Positions 1-10,013 of a stretch of 54,195 nucleotides of DNA are shown one piece after another (the stretch's first letter is position 1; the number at the start of each line of letters is the position of its first letter). The translations under genes were made by a program, and so were the position numbers. Location of the stretch: positions 1 through 54,195 of the IMG/VR virus record IMGVR_UViG_3300020201_000001; one strand, written 5' to 3'. A model generated the notes under the pieces. It was not told where the DNA came from, did no database searches, and saw only the letters and a program-made list of their open reading frames with translations. The DNA comes from a virus. Taxonomy: Duplodnaviria > Caudoviricetes.

Positions 1-127
1 AAGACATCCTAAAAGGTGGCATGGATGAGATGGGTAAACTTATCTATATGACCAAAGAAATGAGCAAGTTCTCACATTTTATCCATACAAGATTTGGAAA
101 AGATAAACGGACAGTAAATACCAGGGA
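1..127. repeat. Terminal direct repeat, left copy (circular assembly overlap)
   Basis: Bases 1-127 are identical to 54069-54195 and lie inside an open reading frame. Confidence 0.97.
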
Positions 128-1433
128 GCATAAAGTTATGCAGCTTTCTGAATTTGAACGTTTCTACACAGTACAAGTAGCATCAACAACAGCAGTAGGT
201 GGACGTTGTACAATCGGGCTTCGTAACTATGAAGCAGAGCAAATCAAAATCAATGACACGCTAATTGCAGCGAATACATTTGTATCTCCAGTAGTTGAGG
301 GACAGGTATTAGCTGCAGTAACATTAAACAGTGCAGCAAACCATGTAGTGTACAACCCAGATAGTGCTGGTGGTCGTTTAACTGACTTATTGTTTAGTAG
401 AAGTGGCGGACAAGATAATGCTACTTCTGTGTACTTCGCAGATTACGAACAGCTTGACGTTATCTCTGTTGATTCAAGAGATTCAGCTGGACCAGGACTA
501 ACATTAATTACATTGCGTAGATGTTACATGGGACCAACTGCAACAGATCGTGGTGGTGCTTTAATTCCTACTGGTATACTTGATACAGCATTAGCGGCTA
601 ACTTAGCTGGTTCTGCCATACAAGTTGGTGACACGTTACATCGTGCTTTGCCTTCATTCTATGAAGGTACAGATGCACCTACAGGTGTATTCAAGAACAT
701 TGAGATTGACAATAACTTTACGCAAGAACTTAAGTATGCAGTAGAGATTACTAATGAAAGTGACATTGAAGGTACTTGGATCCAGGAATCACCATTGGAC
801 ATTAATCGTTGGTTAATGACGAAACGTGCTAATAGAGATTACGAGATCCAAATGATTTTTGGCAAGAAAGCCAAAGAAATGGACTCAAGCGGTAGAGTAC
901 GTTATAGATCTGGTGGTGTATTGGAATTCATAGCGAAAGACAAAGACCATTATTTGAAATATGCACAATCAACATTATCATGGTCTAACTTGTTGAAATT
1001 CACAAAAGAGATTTCACGTTTAGGTGGTAGTGAAGAAAGATACTTATTCTGCGGTTATTCACTTGACACAGCTTTAAGAGCTTCCTTTGCAGAGAGTAAT
1101 TTAGTTATTAATGATCCTAACTTAACAAAAGAATTTAACGTAGAAGTTAATTCAATTATGGGTGCTGGAGTTAAGATTAACTTGATACCATCGCAGATTA
1201 TGGAAGAGATGGGTTTTGGACTTAAAGGTCTTTGCTTAGATTTAGATAATCCTTCGTTCACTCCAGTAACTCACAAAGGTTACGATATGAAAGTAGATAA
1301 AGGACCTAATGGAAAAGGCATTCAAGCGAACGGACAACAAATCTACAAAGAGCAAATGCTTGGTATCAAAGGTCTGGAAAGACGTTACAGAGATTACCAT
1401 TCAATTCTTGACTTTACTAACATAGGAGCATAA
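1..1433 (+). CDS. Major capsid protein, 3' part (true start at 53996; 501 aa across the junction)
   Basis: The frame continues from ATG 53996 through the overlap. It follows portal and scaffold genes. RYRSGGVLEFI and the C-terminal KEQMLGIKGLE segment resemble HK97-fold podovirus capsids. Confidence 0.8.
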   Translation, partial: DILKGGMDEMGKLIYMTKEMSKFSHFIHTRFGKDKRTVNTREHKVMQLSEFERFYTVQVASTTAVGGRCTIGLRNYEAEQIKINDTLIAANTFVSPVVEGQVLAAVTLNSAANHVVYNPDSAGGRLTDLLFSRSGGQDNATSVYFADYEQLDVISVDSRDSAGPGLTLITLRRCYMGPTATDRGGALIPTGILDTALAANLAGSAIQVGDTLHRALPSFYEGTDAPTGVFKNIEIDNNFTQELKYAVEITNESDIEGTWIQESPLDINRWLMTKRANRDYEIQMIFGKKAKEMDSSGRVRYRSGGVLEFIAKDKDHYLKYAQSTLSWSNLLKFTKEISRLGGSEERYLFCGYSLDTALRASFAESNLVINDPNLTKEFNVEVNSIMGAGVKINLIPSQIMEEMGFGLKGLCLDLDNPSFTPVTHKGYDMKVDKGPNGKGIQANGQQIYKEQMLGIKGLERRYRDYHSILDFTNIGA

Positions 1434-1435
1434 AA

Positions 1436-2101
1436 ATGAAAAAAATCATTTTATTACTGTTATTACTTTTGGTACCCTTTTTTTTACATGCACAGAATAA
1501 TACAGCAAAAAGAGAAGCTGGCATGTCGGTTAGTACGGTATTCGAAAGAGTAATAGCTTTGGATTCTATTGGTTACAAACCAACTTTAGCAATCTTAAGT
1601 ATGAGTGCAGCTTCTAATACAGTCGCAGGCAATACTACATCAACCGCTACATTCACATCTGATATAATCAACTTAGATGCTGATACAATCGGATTTGTAG
1701 TTGAGATAACAGAAGTAACTTTCCTTAGTGGTGGAACCAATAGATTAAGTCGGACGTATACTTTAGCAACACCTGACAGTTTAGGTATGGCTATAAAATT
1801 ACAACCATTAACACCAGGTGGCTTAGGATCAATCAATGCAATCTTTAACAACACTATAGCAGCGGCAGGTGGCTGGAGATTTGGTTTCATAAGCGTAGAT
1901 ACATTAAGAAGCAATGCAGCCTTTGGAGTAGTAGCTACTAAAGCAGATAGGATTACGTTTGTTGACAATATAAAAACAGCATCATTCCCTGTAGCTTGTT
2001 CACAAGGTCGTTTAGTATTCTTAATCCAGAACTGGAAAGCAGTGGATAGAACAAGATTTCGATTGACAGTAAGAATAATTAAAAAATGGAGTGGAATATA
2101 A
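1436..2101 (+). CDS. Beta-rich protein with a Sec-type signal peptide, directly after the capsid gene
   Basis: N-terminus is MKKIILLLLLLLVPFFLHA followed by QN; GGAG RBS upstream. Confidence 0.65.
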   Translation: MKKIILLLLLLLVPFFLHAQNNTAKREAGMSVSTVFERVIALDSIGYKPTLAILSMSAASNTVAGNTTSTATFTSDIINLDADTIGFVVEITEVTFLSGGTNRLSRTYTLATPDSLGMAIKLQPLTPGGLGSINAIFNNTIAAAGGWRFGFISVDTLRSNAAFGVVATKADRITFVDNIKTASFPVACSQGRLVFLIQNWKAVDRTRFRLTVRIIKKWSGI

Positions 2102-2409
2102 TGGACATAGGACAATCAACGGTACACTTGAAGAATTTCGCAAGTAGACCATCAGCAGGACCAGGTGATAAATTAATCAAGATATTAAGATTAACTTGGG
2201 GAACTTCACAGAATATAGATTTGACAGGATTAGTGCGTAGAGGTGCTACTGTATCATATCTTATATCAGAAGTAAGAACAGTGAGTGCGGCAGGTTTAAT
2301 TACTATAGCAATTGTATCCCAATTACCACAAGATGCAGATCTAGTAGACTTGCTTATTTTGTTTGACGTATCAGACATAGCACCATCAAGTGAGTACGTA
2401 TTCTCGTAA
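2101..2409 (+). CDS. Small head-module protein (possible decoration protein)
   Basis: ATG overlaps the upstream TAA; a terminator follows. Confidence 0.5.
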   Translation: MDIGQSTVHLKNFASRPSAGPGDKLIKILRLTWGTSQNIDLTGLVRRGATVSYLISEVRTVSAAGLITIAIVSQLPQDADLVDLLILFDVSDIAPSSEYVFS

Positions 2410-2416
2410 CCTTTAT

Positions 2417-2446
2417 AGCCCTCTTTTGTTAGAGGGCTTTTCTTTT
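2417..2446 (+). terminator. Intrinsic terminator after the head genes
   Basis: AGCCCTCT-tttgtt-AGAGGGCT stem followed by TTTCTTTT. Confidence 0.8.
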
Positions 2447-2463
2447 ACCTATCAGGAATTATA

Positions 2464-3201
2464 ATGTTAGTATTCCAAGCACACCAACAATTAGCTTTGA
2501 CATTAGGAGATACTAATGACGACATTACAAATGCCGTGTTACCAGATGGCGTACGTTATTCAGCATTACTAAGAAACACTTATATCTATTTAGGCATCAT
2601 AGACGTGTTTAACACCGTACTTAGTAGTTTATACCTCTTACCACGTAAACGTTCGTTAGAAGCCATAGAAACGCTATTCAAGAATGAGATAGTAACACAA
2701 TCTATAGACTATTCAGCGGCAGATAATGTAGAAGCACCTTTAACTTTGACAAGTCCAGCTTATGCAGTATTAAATACTTATATAACTCTTACAGTCAATG
2801 GAGTGGCACGCAGAGTGTCTATCCCAATTATAACAAGTAATAGAAGAAATCAGATAGATAATGGTTATAGCTCACAAAGGGCAGAGATGTATGGCATAGC
2901 ACGGTTAGCTGCAGGGCAAGTTGCTATCAGTAACAACACAGGTGTCACTATAACAGCTGCACCCGTTGTAATAACATATTTACCAGTAGTAACTGTACCA
3001 TCAGTATTGCCAGTAGCAGGCACAGGAGCAGGGCAAATCAATGGCTTGTTACCATTATCAGATGAGTATATGGGACAAGCATTAGCTTTCGCAGCTATGC
3101 GTGGTTTTATGGATAACCAAGAAATTGGCAGTCCTGAAAGGTTCGGACAATTATTCACAACGAAACAAATAGGAACACAGAATGCCAATATTAGCAATTA
3201 A
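2464..3201 (+). CDS. Putative head-tail adaptor/ring protein
   Basis: Position after the head genes; helical ends with a beta-rich middle; C-terminal ITYLP...LPLSDEYMGQALAFAA pattern. Confidence 0.5.
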   Translation: MLVFQAHQQLALTLGDTNDDITNAVLPDGVRYSALLRNTYIYLGIIDVFNTVLSSLYLLPRKRSLEAIETLFKNEIVTQSIDYSAADNVEAPLTLTSPAYAVLNTYITLTVNGVARRVSIPIITSNRRNQIDNGYSSQRAEMYGIARLAAGQVAISNNTGVTITAAPVVITYLPVVTVPSVLPVAGTGAGQINGLLPLSDEYMGQALAFAAMRGFMDNQEIGSPERFGQLFTTKQIGTQNANISN

Positions 3202-4174
3202 CGGAGCACCAATTGTAGCACCAAATGGCATACAATTAGGCACAGTACCTTTAGGTAGTTGGACGGTACAGAGAGTAGTATCAGAAGCGATGATCTTAAC
3301 AGGCACTTTAGATAACGAACAAGATGTATTTATAGAGAACGTAAGAAATCACTATAATATGAATTTATCACATTTAGCGGATTTACTTAACTTAGCAGCA
3401 ACACCATTTTATGGTACGTATTTAACTGGATTATTAGAGACAGTACTTCATCCATTTAGTGGAGTACATTGGATCAGTTTAGGTAATGATTATGCGGTAT
3501 TGCCTATGAGCGTAGCACCAACTGTTGTTTACCCAGGTACGCCAGCACTAAGCACTAACGTAATGAGCAAAATACATTCCATTAAAAACGTTACGATTAA
3601 CTTACGTACTACGTCGCCAAGTACTGCAGACTATCCAGGATCAGCACAAAGTTTTGCGTCATTAAATGCGGCAGCAAATTACACAGGCAATATTGTTAAG
3701 TGGGACATCTCTAAGATATTACAACAATCTAATAACTTAAATAACCAGCATACGCAAACAATCGCTTACGCACACCACGGTGAAGAAATATTATTCTTTA
3801 TCGGTGCAGACATAGCCACACCATTAAGACTTGCTCAAACAGGAACACCAGCTTACACTATTGTAGCTCCTACAACAGCTAACGATACTGGACATTACTT
3901 TACTGTATGGTGCAATAGGAATCCTATGTTAGATAATATGACATCAATAAGTACTGCAGCAAATGCATCAGGTTTCTTCCAGAGTTGTGATTTACCAGAT
4001 AGATATGTTAAATTGCTTATTGATATGATTGCAAGAAACATTTATCAGCAAAAGAAAGAAGCAGTACCACAAAACATTGAACAAGGTATTCAGTCAGGCT
4101 TAGCACAGATTAGTCAAAACTTTGAACAAGCATTAAGATTAGAACAACAAAAATTATTACCAAATCAACAATAG
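3182..4174 (+). CDS. Putative head-tail adaptor/ring protein
   Basis: C-terminal CDLPDRYVKLLIDMIA pattern typical of podovirus ring proteins; position. Confidence 0.5.
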   Translation: MPILAINGAPIVAPNGIQLGTVPLGSWTVQRVVSEAMILTGTLDNEQDVFIENVRNHYNMNLSHLADLLNLAATPFYGTYLTGLLETVLHPFSGVHWISLGNDYAVLPMSVAPTVVYPGTPALSTNVMSKIHSIKNVTINLRTTSPSTADYPGSAQSFASLNAAANYTGNIVKWDISKILQQSNNLNNQHTQTIAYAHHGEEILFFIGADIATPLRLAQTGTPAYTIVAPTTANDTGHYFTVWCNRNPMLDNMTSISTAANASGFFQSCDLPDRYVKLLIDMIARNIYQQKKEAVPQNIEQGIQSGLAQISQNFEQALRLEQQKLLPNQQ

Positions 4175-4183
4175 GAGATTATT

Positions 4184-4372
4184 ATGCCAGGACCAGTGTA
4201 CGTAAAGAAGAACAAAGCAGTTAAAGAACCAGTAGAAGTAGTAAAGAAAACAACAGTAGCACCAACACTCAAGAAAAAAGAACCACAACCCACTAAGAGA
4301 GAATATGCATTAAGTGAAGGAAAATCATCTTCACGTGGCGAAAATGCTTCGTTAATGTTTGCAGGCAAATAA
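4184..4372 (+). CDS. Small basic hypothetical protein
   Basis: AGGAG RBS; fills the gap between neighbouring genes; Lys-rich. Confidence 0.6.
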   Translation: MPGPVYVKKNKAVKEPVEVVKKTTVAPTLKKKEPQPTKREYALSEGKSSSRGENASLMFAGK

Positions 4373-4385
4373 CAAAGGATAACCA

Positions 4386-4943
4386 ATGATTAGTAGATTC
4401 GATCAATTCATGCATTTTGTTTGGCTATCAGAAGGTGGTTATGTTAATGACCCAGCAGACAGAGGCGGAGAAACTAAGTATGGCATTACAAAACTAACAG
4501 CACGTGCTTATGGTTACAATGGCGATATGCGAGCGTTGGTTAAAGAAGAGGCAAGAGATATATATTTGAAAGGTTATTACAATTCGTTGTATGACAAAAT
4601 TGATAGTATAGACATTGCTTATAAGCTATTTGATTTAGGCATCAACTGTGGTACAGCAACAGCGGTTAAAAGAATACAGATATTGTGTGCAAGGACTGTG
4701 ACTACACAAGTTAATTGGTTATCTAAAGTAGATGGACACTTTGGTCCTAAAACTTTATTTAACCTTAATGAACGTATAGCTAAGTTAGGCGACAAAGTTG
4801 TATGGAATGAATACATAGCATTAATGGAAGATTACTACAAGAGTATCGTAGCCACTAAACCAAGTCAAAGTAAGTTTATTAAAGGCTGGTTAAACAGGCT
4901 TCACAAGAAACCTATCTTTGGTAAAGGAGAGAATAATGTATAG
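4386..4943 (+). CDS. Endolysin, glycoside hydrolase family 108 with C-terminal peptidoglycan-binding domain
   Basis: EGGYVNDPADRGGETKYGIT motif, LFDLGINCG, and C-terminal QSKFIKGWLNR. Confidence 0.93.
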   Translation: MISRFDQFMHFVWLSEGGYVNDPADRGGETKYGITKLTARAYGYNGDMRALVKEEARDIYLKGYYNSLYDKIDSIDIAYKLFDLGINCGTATAVKRIQILCARTVTTQVNWLSKVDGHFGPKTLFNLNERIAKLGDKVVWNEYIALMEDYYKSIVATKPSQSKFIKGWLNRLHKKPIFGKGENNV

Positions 4944-5718
4944 TGTTCAAGATGTTATTAGTTTAGTTCAATCAGACATAAATGATTTAAGTATGGAGAA
5001 AGTGCAACGTGGTGAGTACTTAGCTTTATTACGTACTGTAGCAATACCAATAGCACAAGAAACAAAAGTATACATCGGACAACTTACAGCTACACCTACT
5101 TTAGTTCCGAATACGAACGTATACACTGTTACTTTCGGTACGCCTAATGTAACAAAAAGTGTAGTACCTAACATCTTCAAGTTCATCCAAGTACGTAGGA
5201 CTAACAATGATGGTAGTAGAATTATTGGTAATGAATATTCCAAACAAGCAGTAGCACAAACTATAAACGAACTATATCCATTTGATAACTATGTAGAAAT
5301 AGGTTCAGGTGCTTTCAGCACAGAGTTTATTAATCCAGCGTCTGGTTTGATAGATGGTACGTTCACGTTACGTTTCCCTTATGCTTTCCAGTCAAGCGAA
5401 AGTATCACAGTAGATTACATTTCAGATATGCCAACTAACTTATATAGTGGAGTAGATAAATGGGAACTACAAGCATCATCACCAATATCTATCCCAAACT
5501 TCTTATACAATACCTTCCACTATGGATTGTTAGAAAGAGTTATAGAACGGTTGTATTTAAGCGGAGACGTACGTTATGCCGACAAGGTAGGTTATGTATC
5601 CAATAAGTACAAAGAATCGCTTAGAGAAGCCGTAGCGTACAGTTTAACTTTAAAAGATGAATCAAGTGTATTGAGACATCAGCCTTACGTATTCTTACCA
5701 GATGGAGATAGTTGGTGA
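4936..5718 (+). CDS. Putative tail tubular/ring protein
   Basis: AAGGAG RBS before ATG 4936; ITVDY...SIPNFLYNTFHYGLL adaptor-like pattern; precedes the large tail protein. Confidence 0.5.
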   Translation: MYSVQDVISLVQSDINDLSMEKVQRGEYLALLRTVAIPIAQETKVYIGQLTATPTLVPNTNVYTVTFGTPNVTKSVVPNIFKFIQVRRTNNDGSRIIGNEYSKQAVAQTINELYPFDNYVEIGSGAFSTEFINPASGLIDGTFTLRFPYAFQSSESITVDYISDMPTNLYSGVDKWELQASSPISIPNFLYNTFHYGLLERVIERLYLSGDVRYADKVGYVSNKYKESLREAVAYSLTLKDESSVLRHQPYVFLPDGDSW

Positions 5719-8700
5719 ATAAAGTAATTAAACAACAAGTATCGTTTGAAAAAGGAATGGTCGAAACATTTAAGCAAGAAGGTTTAGGTGCGAATGAGAA
5801 TTTAACTTCTGTGCTATACTTAGAGAACTACAATCCTAATTTAGAACAAATGAGCTTAATCAAAAGACCTGGTATATCACAGGACAGTTTGACTAACTAT
5901 GAAGGTTTAAACTATTACAGGGGTGGTGGCACGTTTTCAGGCACACTACCTCTCCTCACAGACCCAGCTGGTGCTAATGAGATAGCTAACGGAGCGTTAA
6001 TGCCTTATACTGCACCATTAATCCAAGACGTTACTAAATTCAATAACTTAGTAACTGATTTTATACAGCATTTTGCAATATTAGAAACAAGTAATTTTAG
6101 TAGCAATAAAACTCAATTATTATTTAGTAAAGCTTTCGTAGAGTATAATTTAGTGATAGAAGCTTTAATGCCTAAACTAAGTACATTAGGCACGCAAGAG
6201 ATACCTTCTGTAATGGTAACTTCGTTTAGTAAATGTTTAGACACACCTGCAAGCAACGTACCTGTTACTCGTTGGTATAATGCATGGAAGAATTGTTTTG
6301 ACATGGTAGGACGTGTTACTGGCAATTTCTCTATTGCTATGAAGCTTAACCAAACGTTCCCAGGCTGGTGGGCTTTAGGTAACTTTAGAGACGCAATACG
6401 TTATGGCGAGAGTATGCTATTTAGTACTTCGTTTACATCGGATGAAATGAATGCTTTGTTTCCAACTATAGCTAATCAAAAATTATTATTAGATTATTTG
6501 TACCCAGTTTATAAATGGGCTTTGTGGGATATACGTAAAAAAAGATATGAGAATAACCAATTCTGGAATGGAGTTGCATTAGCAGGTCAAACAGGCACAA
6601 CAACTTTAGAGAATATAGCTAACAACAGATTGACAGGTTGGAAGATACTAACACCAACAAGACCTAAAGGCATAAGTGCAGGTATTCAATATCGTACTAC
6701 TAAACATGAAGCTTTAAGTGTGTTCAAACAAGTTGATCCGCAAAGCAATACACCAAGTACAACAGTAGCCAACAATACATGGTTTGATTTTAACTTAATG
6801 TTATGGTCTGAAAAGATAGAGGATAACATAGCATACTTCAATAGATTTGCAACTGGTGCAGCAAACAGTACTACCGCATCAGAGGTACGTACAGAAGGTA
6901 TGCTATTCTCAAGAGTAAATGGAGTTGTTCCAAGTGTCAACACAATCGAATATCCAAGGCACAATGGGGTAGTAAAAGCTTTAAATACTTTAGCTAATTT
7001 ATTGAATGTAAACACATTTCAAAATGCTTACTATACCACAAGCGGTGGTGGTGGTGACGGTATGATGATAGTTCCAGAGATACATGGAAGGAAAGTAGAA
7101 GCTAAGTCATATGTTGATAAGTTAGGTAGAGCTATCAAAGGTATCTTAACTACATTTGGTTCAGTTGGCGGACGTACTTGTAATGCTTTGTTGAACATAT
7201 CTTTTCCTAACTATGTACAAGCACAATTACCAAGACCTTATTTCGAAGGTGACGAATTACACTTCGTAACGACAATTAAGATTAACAATATTGAGTACTT
7301 ATTGCTCAACCAAAAAGTTGTTTTAGGTAGTGATGTTTTTGGAGTGACATTAGTAGAACCACACCGTACAACTGTGAACACTGTAACAGGAAATGGGGAT
7401 ACAAGTAACTTTGTAGTAACTCCAAATTGTGGAGCTGGAGAAGTAGGTGGACCTATAGCTGCAGTACCTTATTTCGCTAGGACAACAGTTGATCCTCTTA
7501 ATCCACCAATTAATCAAGATTTGTTTAATTACGGTAGGGCAGTCCAAACTGCAGGTTATGCAGATTTAGGTGATCCAAGACCACGAGACATTAACGCTAT
7601 CATAGGCGAAAGAGTAGTTTTAGTTAATGGGAAGCCATTCACACACTCAGGCGGTACTCCCGACAAAACGTTTGGTGGACAATCTACATTATTGAAGTCA
7701 TGGAATACTATTGGCTTTACTATATTGCTTTCTTTGAAAATGATGCAAACATTGATAGAACAAAATGCAAGCTCTATTAATGTTTATTTATTGGAAGCTA
7801 ACCAAGAAGAAGACTTCTTCAATAAAGTAGGTATATTCTCAGCACAAGAACCACCACAAGTATTATACAAGCCATCACGACAAGTAGATACAGAGAATGC
7901 AGATTTTAGCAAATTCGGTTTGTTAAAGAAATTTTTAATTGACGGCAAAGGTAATTTGTTCTCGTATGACTTTACTAACGAACAATCATATAGCAAGTTC
8001 AACAGAAGGGCAACCAATGCATGGAGACAAGATAATGGTTATGTTTGGGCAGTGCCTCAAAATTATACAGCTACTACGCCTATGTTCACAACCAGTAATG
8101 AACCAAGCGTAAGTGTAAATGGACTTCAAGATTGGACAAGACAAAACTATTTGAGGAATACGCTTACAAATGATACAAGTGTTAGTGTAGTATCAAATAC
8201 ACGTACTGGTAATTATTGGTCTCCTGACTTCTATGTATGGGATTACCCTACTGATACTACGTTCTTAGCTTTAGGTGGTAGTGGTAAATATTGGGAAGGT
8301 ACTGGTAGTGAGTTAGTATGTAACATACAAGGTATTACTTTCATTAGTGGATGCAGGAATGAATCTTTTGAGTTAGAGCAAGCAACAGTCCGTTGGGGAG
8401 TAATCCAAAATGGAGCGGCTTCATACGATGCTTTCTATGTAGAGAATGAGATTAAGTTTGGTGCTTTACCACACACAGCTTTAGTGAATTACAGAGATAC
8501 ACTTTGGGTATTCAATAGAGAGGAATTTTATCGTTTAGCTTTGCCTAATCCTTACGATATTAGTACATGGCAATCATTAGACAAGCAGGAAGGGCAAGGA
8601 GCGTTTTGTAGCAAGCAAACAGCAGTCACGCCTTATGGTATAGCTTACTGCAATGAAAATGGTATATGGTTAAGCGATGGCTCTAAACCGCAATCATTAA

Positions 8701-10013
8701 CTAACAATCCTAACCAAGGTATTGGCATAACTGGTTTGTATCAAAGAGTAGCTATGAATGTAGACAACGGGCTGAATCCAGCACAACATATAATGTCAGG
8801 GTTAGAACAACATCCATTAGTGGGTAACATACCATTAGTTCCAGTTGGACTGACTTTTAATCCAAAGAATGAATTAGTGTATGATTTAGAGAATGATGAG
8901 TTAGTTTATATTACAGAAGCTAATATGAATTACACGACTTTGCAAGGTTCAAGTACAAATCCAGACGCAGAATTAAGATTAGTATTTAATTTTGCTAAAC
9001 AAAACTGGAGAACTGAAACATACGTAAATGGACGTTTGGACAGAACTACAGTTGATGTATCGACTGCTACTTCATTCCTTAGAAGTAATTTTACTACAGG
9101 TGGTTCAAATACTGCTGGTTTCTTTGCAGAGCTAAGTACTTCATTAAATTCTGCAACCAATGGACGTATGCATGTAGCTAATCCAAACATTTGGACGTTA
9201 CGTAATAATTTCGTCCATCGCACAAATGCTACGCAAAAGTTAGATTCATCAGTAAATCTTAGTATGTTCTTACCACAATTTTTAAAACCAAACAAAAGTT
9301 TAACGTATGACGTCCAAACAGGTACGTTGAATTACAATGTACTTGAAGATCGTAATTATATGATCAATGGCATATTAACAATGGTCACAGGATTAGTTAA
9401 GTGTCCATCACTATATGGGGCTACTCCACCAGGTGGGAACAGCGAATCAGCCAGGTTGCCGATTATAGGTAAATTTATAACACATATACTTAGCGATGGT
9501 AACGATGATCACATACTCAAACGAGTGCTTGCCACTTTAGGAGTACGTGGAGATTCAGTGACGGCAACTCCAATTGGAACAGGTTATACTTATAGTATAC
9601 CTGCGAATGCAACACCAGCTACTTATAAGTCAATGAATTATGCTAACACTGGTTTACCAATTAGCTTAGCACAAGACCCATGCATCGCTTACGAACCAAG
9701 AACGAAACATAAATCTTTACCATTGTCAGCAACAGGTATGGGTAATAGGACATTGTTCACAGACTTAATTGCAATGAATTTTGCTACAAAGAACAGTGCG
9801 GCTATCAATCCATTTGTAAGTACTTTACAGACACCAGGAGGCACTAACCAAGTAGATGCAGTCCAAAGGTATAATATGAGTGAAAGTCTCGTCTTAGACG
9901 CTCCATTGAATGCACAATACCGTTTCATTAGATTTGTATTCCAAAGTGAAGTGATCCAGAAAGTATTTGGTTTTGTTTTTGAGAGTGTTAAATATAACAG
10001 GAGAAGTCAATAA
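5715..10013 (+). CDS. Large tail nozzle/stabilisation protein (beta-propeller, P22 gp10/T7 gp12-like role)
   Basis: About 1430 aa and beta-rich; N-terminal LENYNP...LIKRPG and blade-like VTPYGIAYCNENGIWLSDG; position. Confidence 0.6.
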   Translation: MNKVIKQQVSFEKGMVETFKQEGLGANENLTSVLYLENYNPNLEQMSLIKRPGISQDSLTNYEGLNYYRGGGTFSGTLPLLTDPAGANEIANGALMPYTAPLIQDVTKFNNLVTDFIQHFAILETSNFSSNKTQLLFSKAFVEYNLVIEALMPKLSTLGTQEIPSVMVTSFSKCLDTPASNVPVTRWYNAWKNCFDMVGRVTGNFSIAMKLNQTFPGWWALGNFRDAIRYGESMLFSTSFTSDEMNALFPTIANQKLLLDYLYPVYKWALWDIRKKRYENNQFWNGVALAGQTGTTTLENIANNRLTGWKILTPTRPKGISAGIQYRTTKHEALSVFKQVDPQSNTPSTTVANNTWFDFNLMLWSEKIEDNIAYFNRFATGAANSTTASEVRTEGMLFSRVNGVVPSVNTIEYPRHNGVVKALNTLANLLNVNTFQNAYYTTSGGGGDGMMIVPEIHGRKVEAKSYVDKLGRAIKGILTTFGSVGGRTCNALLNISFPNYVQAQLPRPYFEGDELHFVTTIKINNIEYLLLNQKVVLGSDVFGVTLVEPHRTTVNTVTGNGDTSNFVVTPNCGAGEVGGPIAAVPYFARTTVDPLNPPINQDLFNYGRAVQTAGYADLGDPRPRDINAIIGERVVLVNGKPFTHSGGTPDKTFGGQSTLLKSWNTIGFTILLSLKMMQTLIEQNASSINVYLLEANQEEDFFNKVGIFSAQEPPQVLYKPSRQVDTENADFSKFGLLKKFLIDGKGNLFSYDFTNEQSYSKFNRRATNAWRQDNGYVWAVPQNYTATTPMFTTSNEPSVSVNGLQDWTRQNYLRNTLTNDTSVSVVSNTRTGNYWSPDFYVWDYPTDTTFLALGGSGKYWEGTGSELVCNIQGITFISGCRNESFELEQATVRWGVIQNGAASYDAFYVENEIKFGALPHTALVNYRDTLWVFNREEFYRLALPNPYDISTWQSLDKQEGQGAFCSKQTAVTPYGIAYCNENGIWLSDGSKPQSLTNNPNQGIGITGLYQRVAMNVDNGLNPAQHIMSGLEQHPLVGNIPLVPVGLTFNPKNELVYDLENDELVYITEANMNYTTLQGSSTNPDAELRLVFNFAKQNWRTETYVNGRLDRTTVDVSTATSFLRSNFTTGGSNTAGFFAELSTSLNSATNGRMHVANPNIWTLRNNFVHRTNATQKLDSSVNLSMFLPQFLKPNKSLTYDVQTGTLNYNVLEDRNYMINGILTMVTGLVKCPSLYGATPPGGNSESARLPIIGKFITHILSDGNDDHILKRVLATLGVRGDSVTATPIGTGYTYSIPANATPATYKSMNYANTGLPISLAQDPCIAYEPRTKHKSLPLSATGMGNRTLFTDLIAMNFATKNSAAINPFVSTLQTPGGTNQVDAVQRYNMSESLVLDAPLNAQYRFIRFVFQSEVIQKVFGFVFESVKYNRRSQ

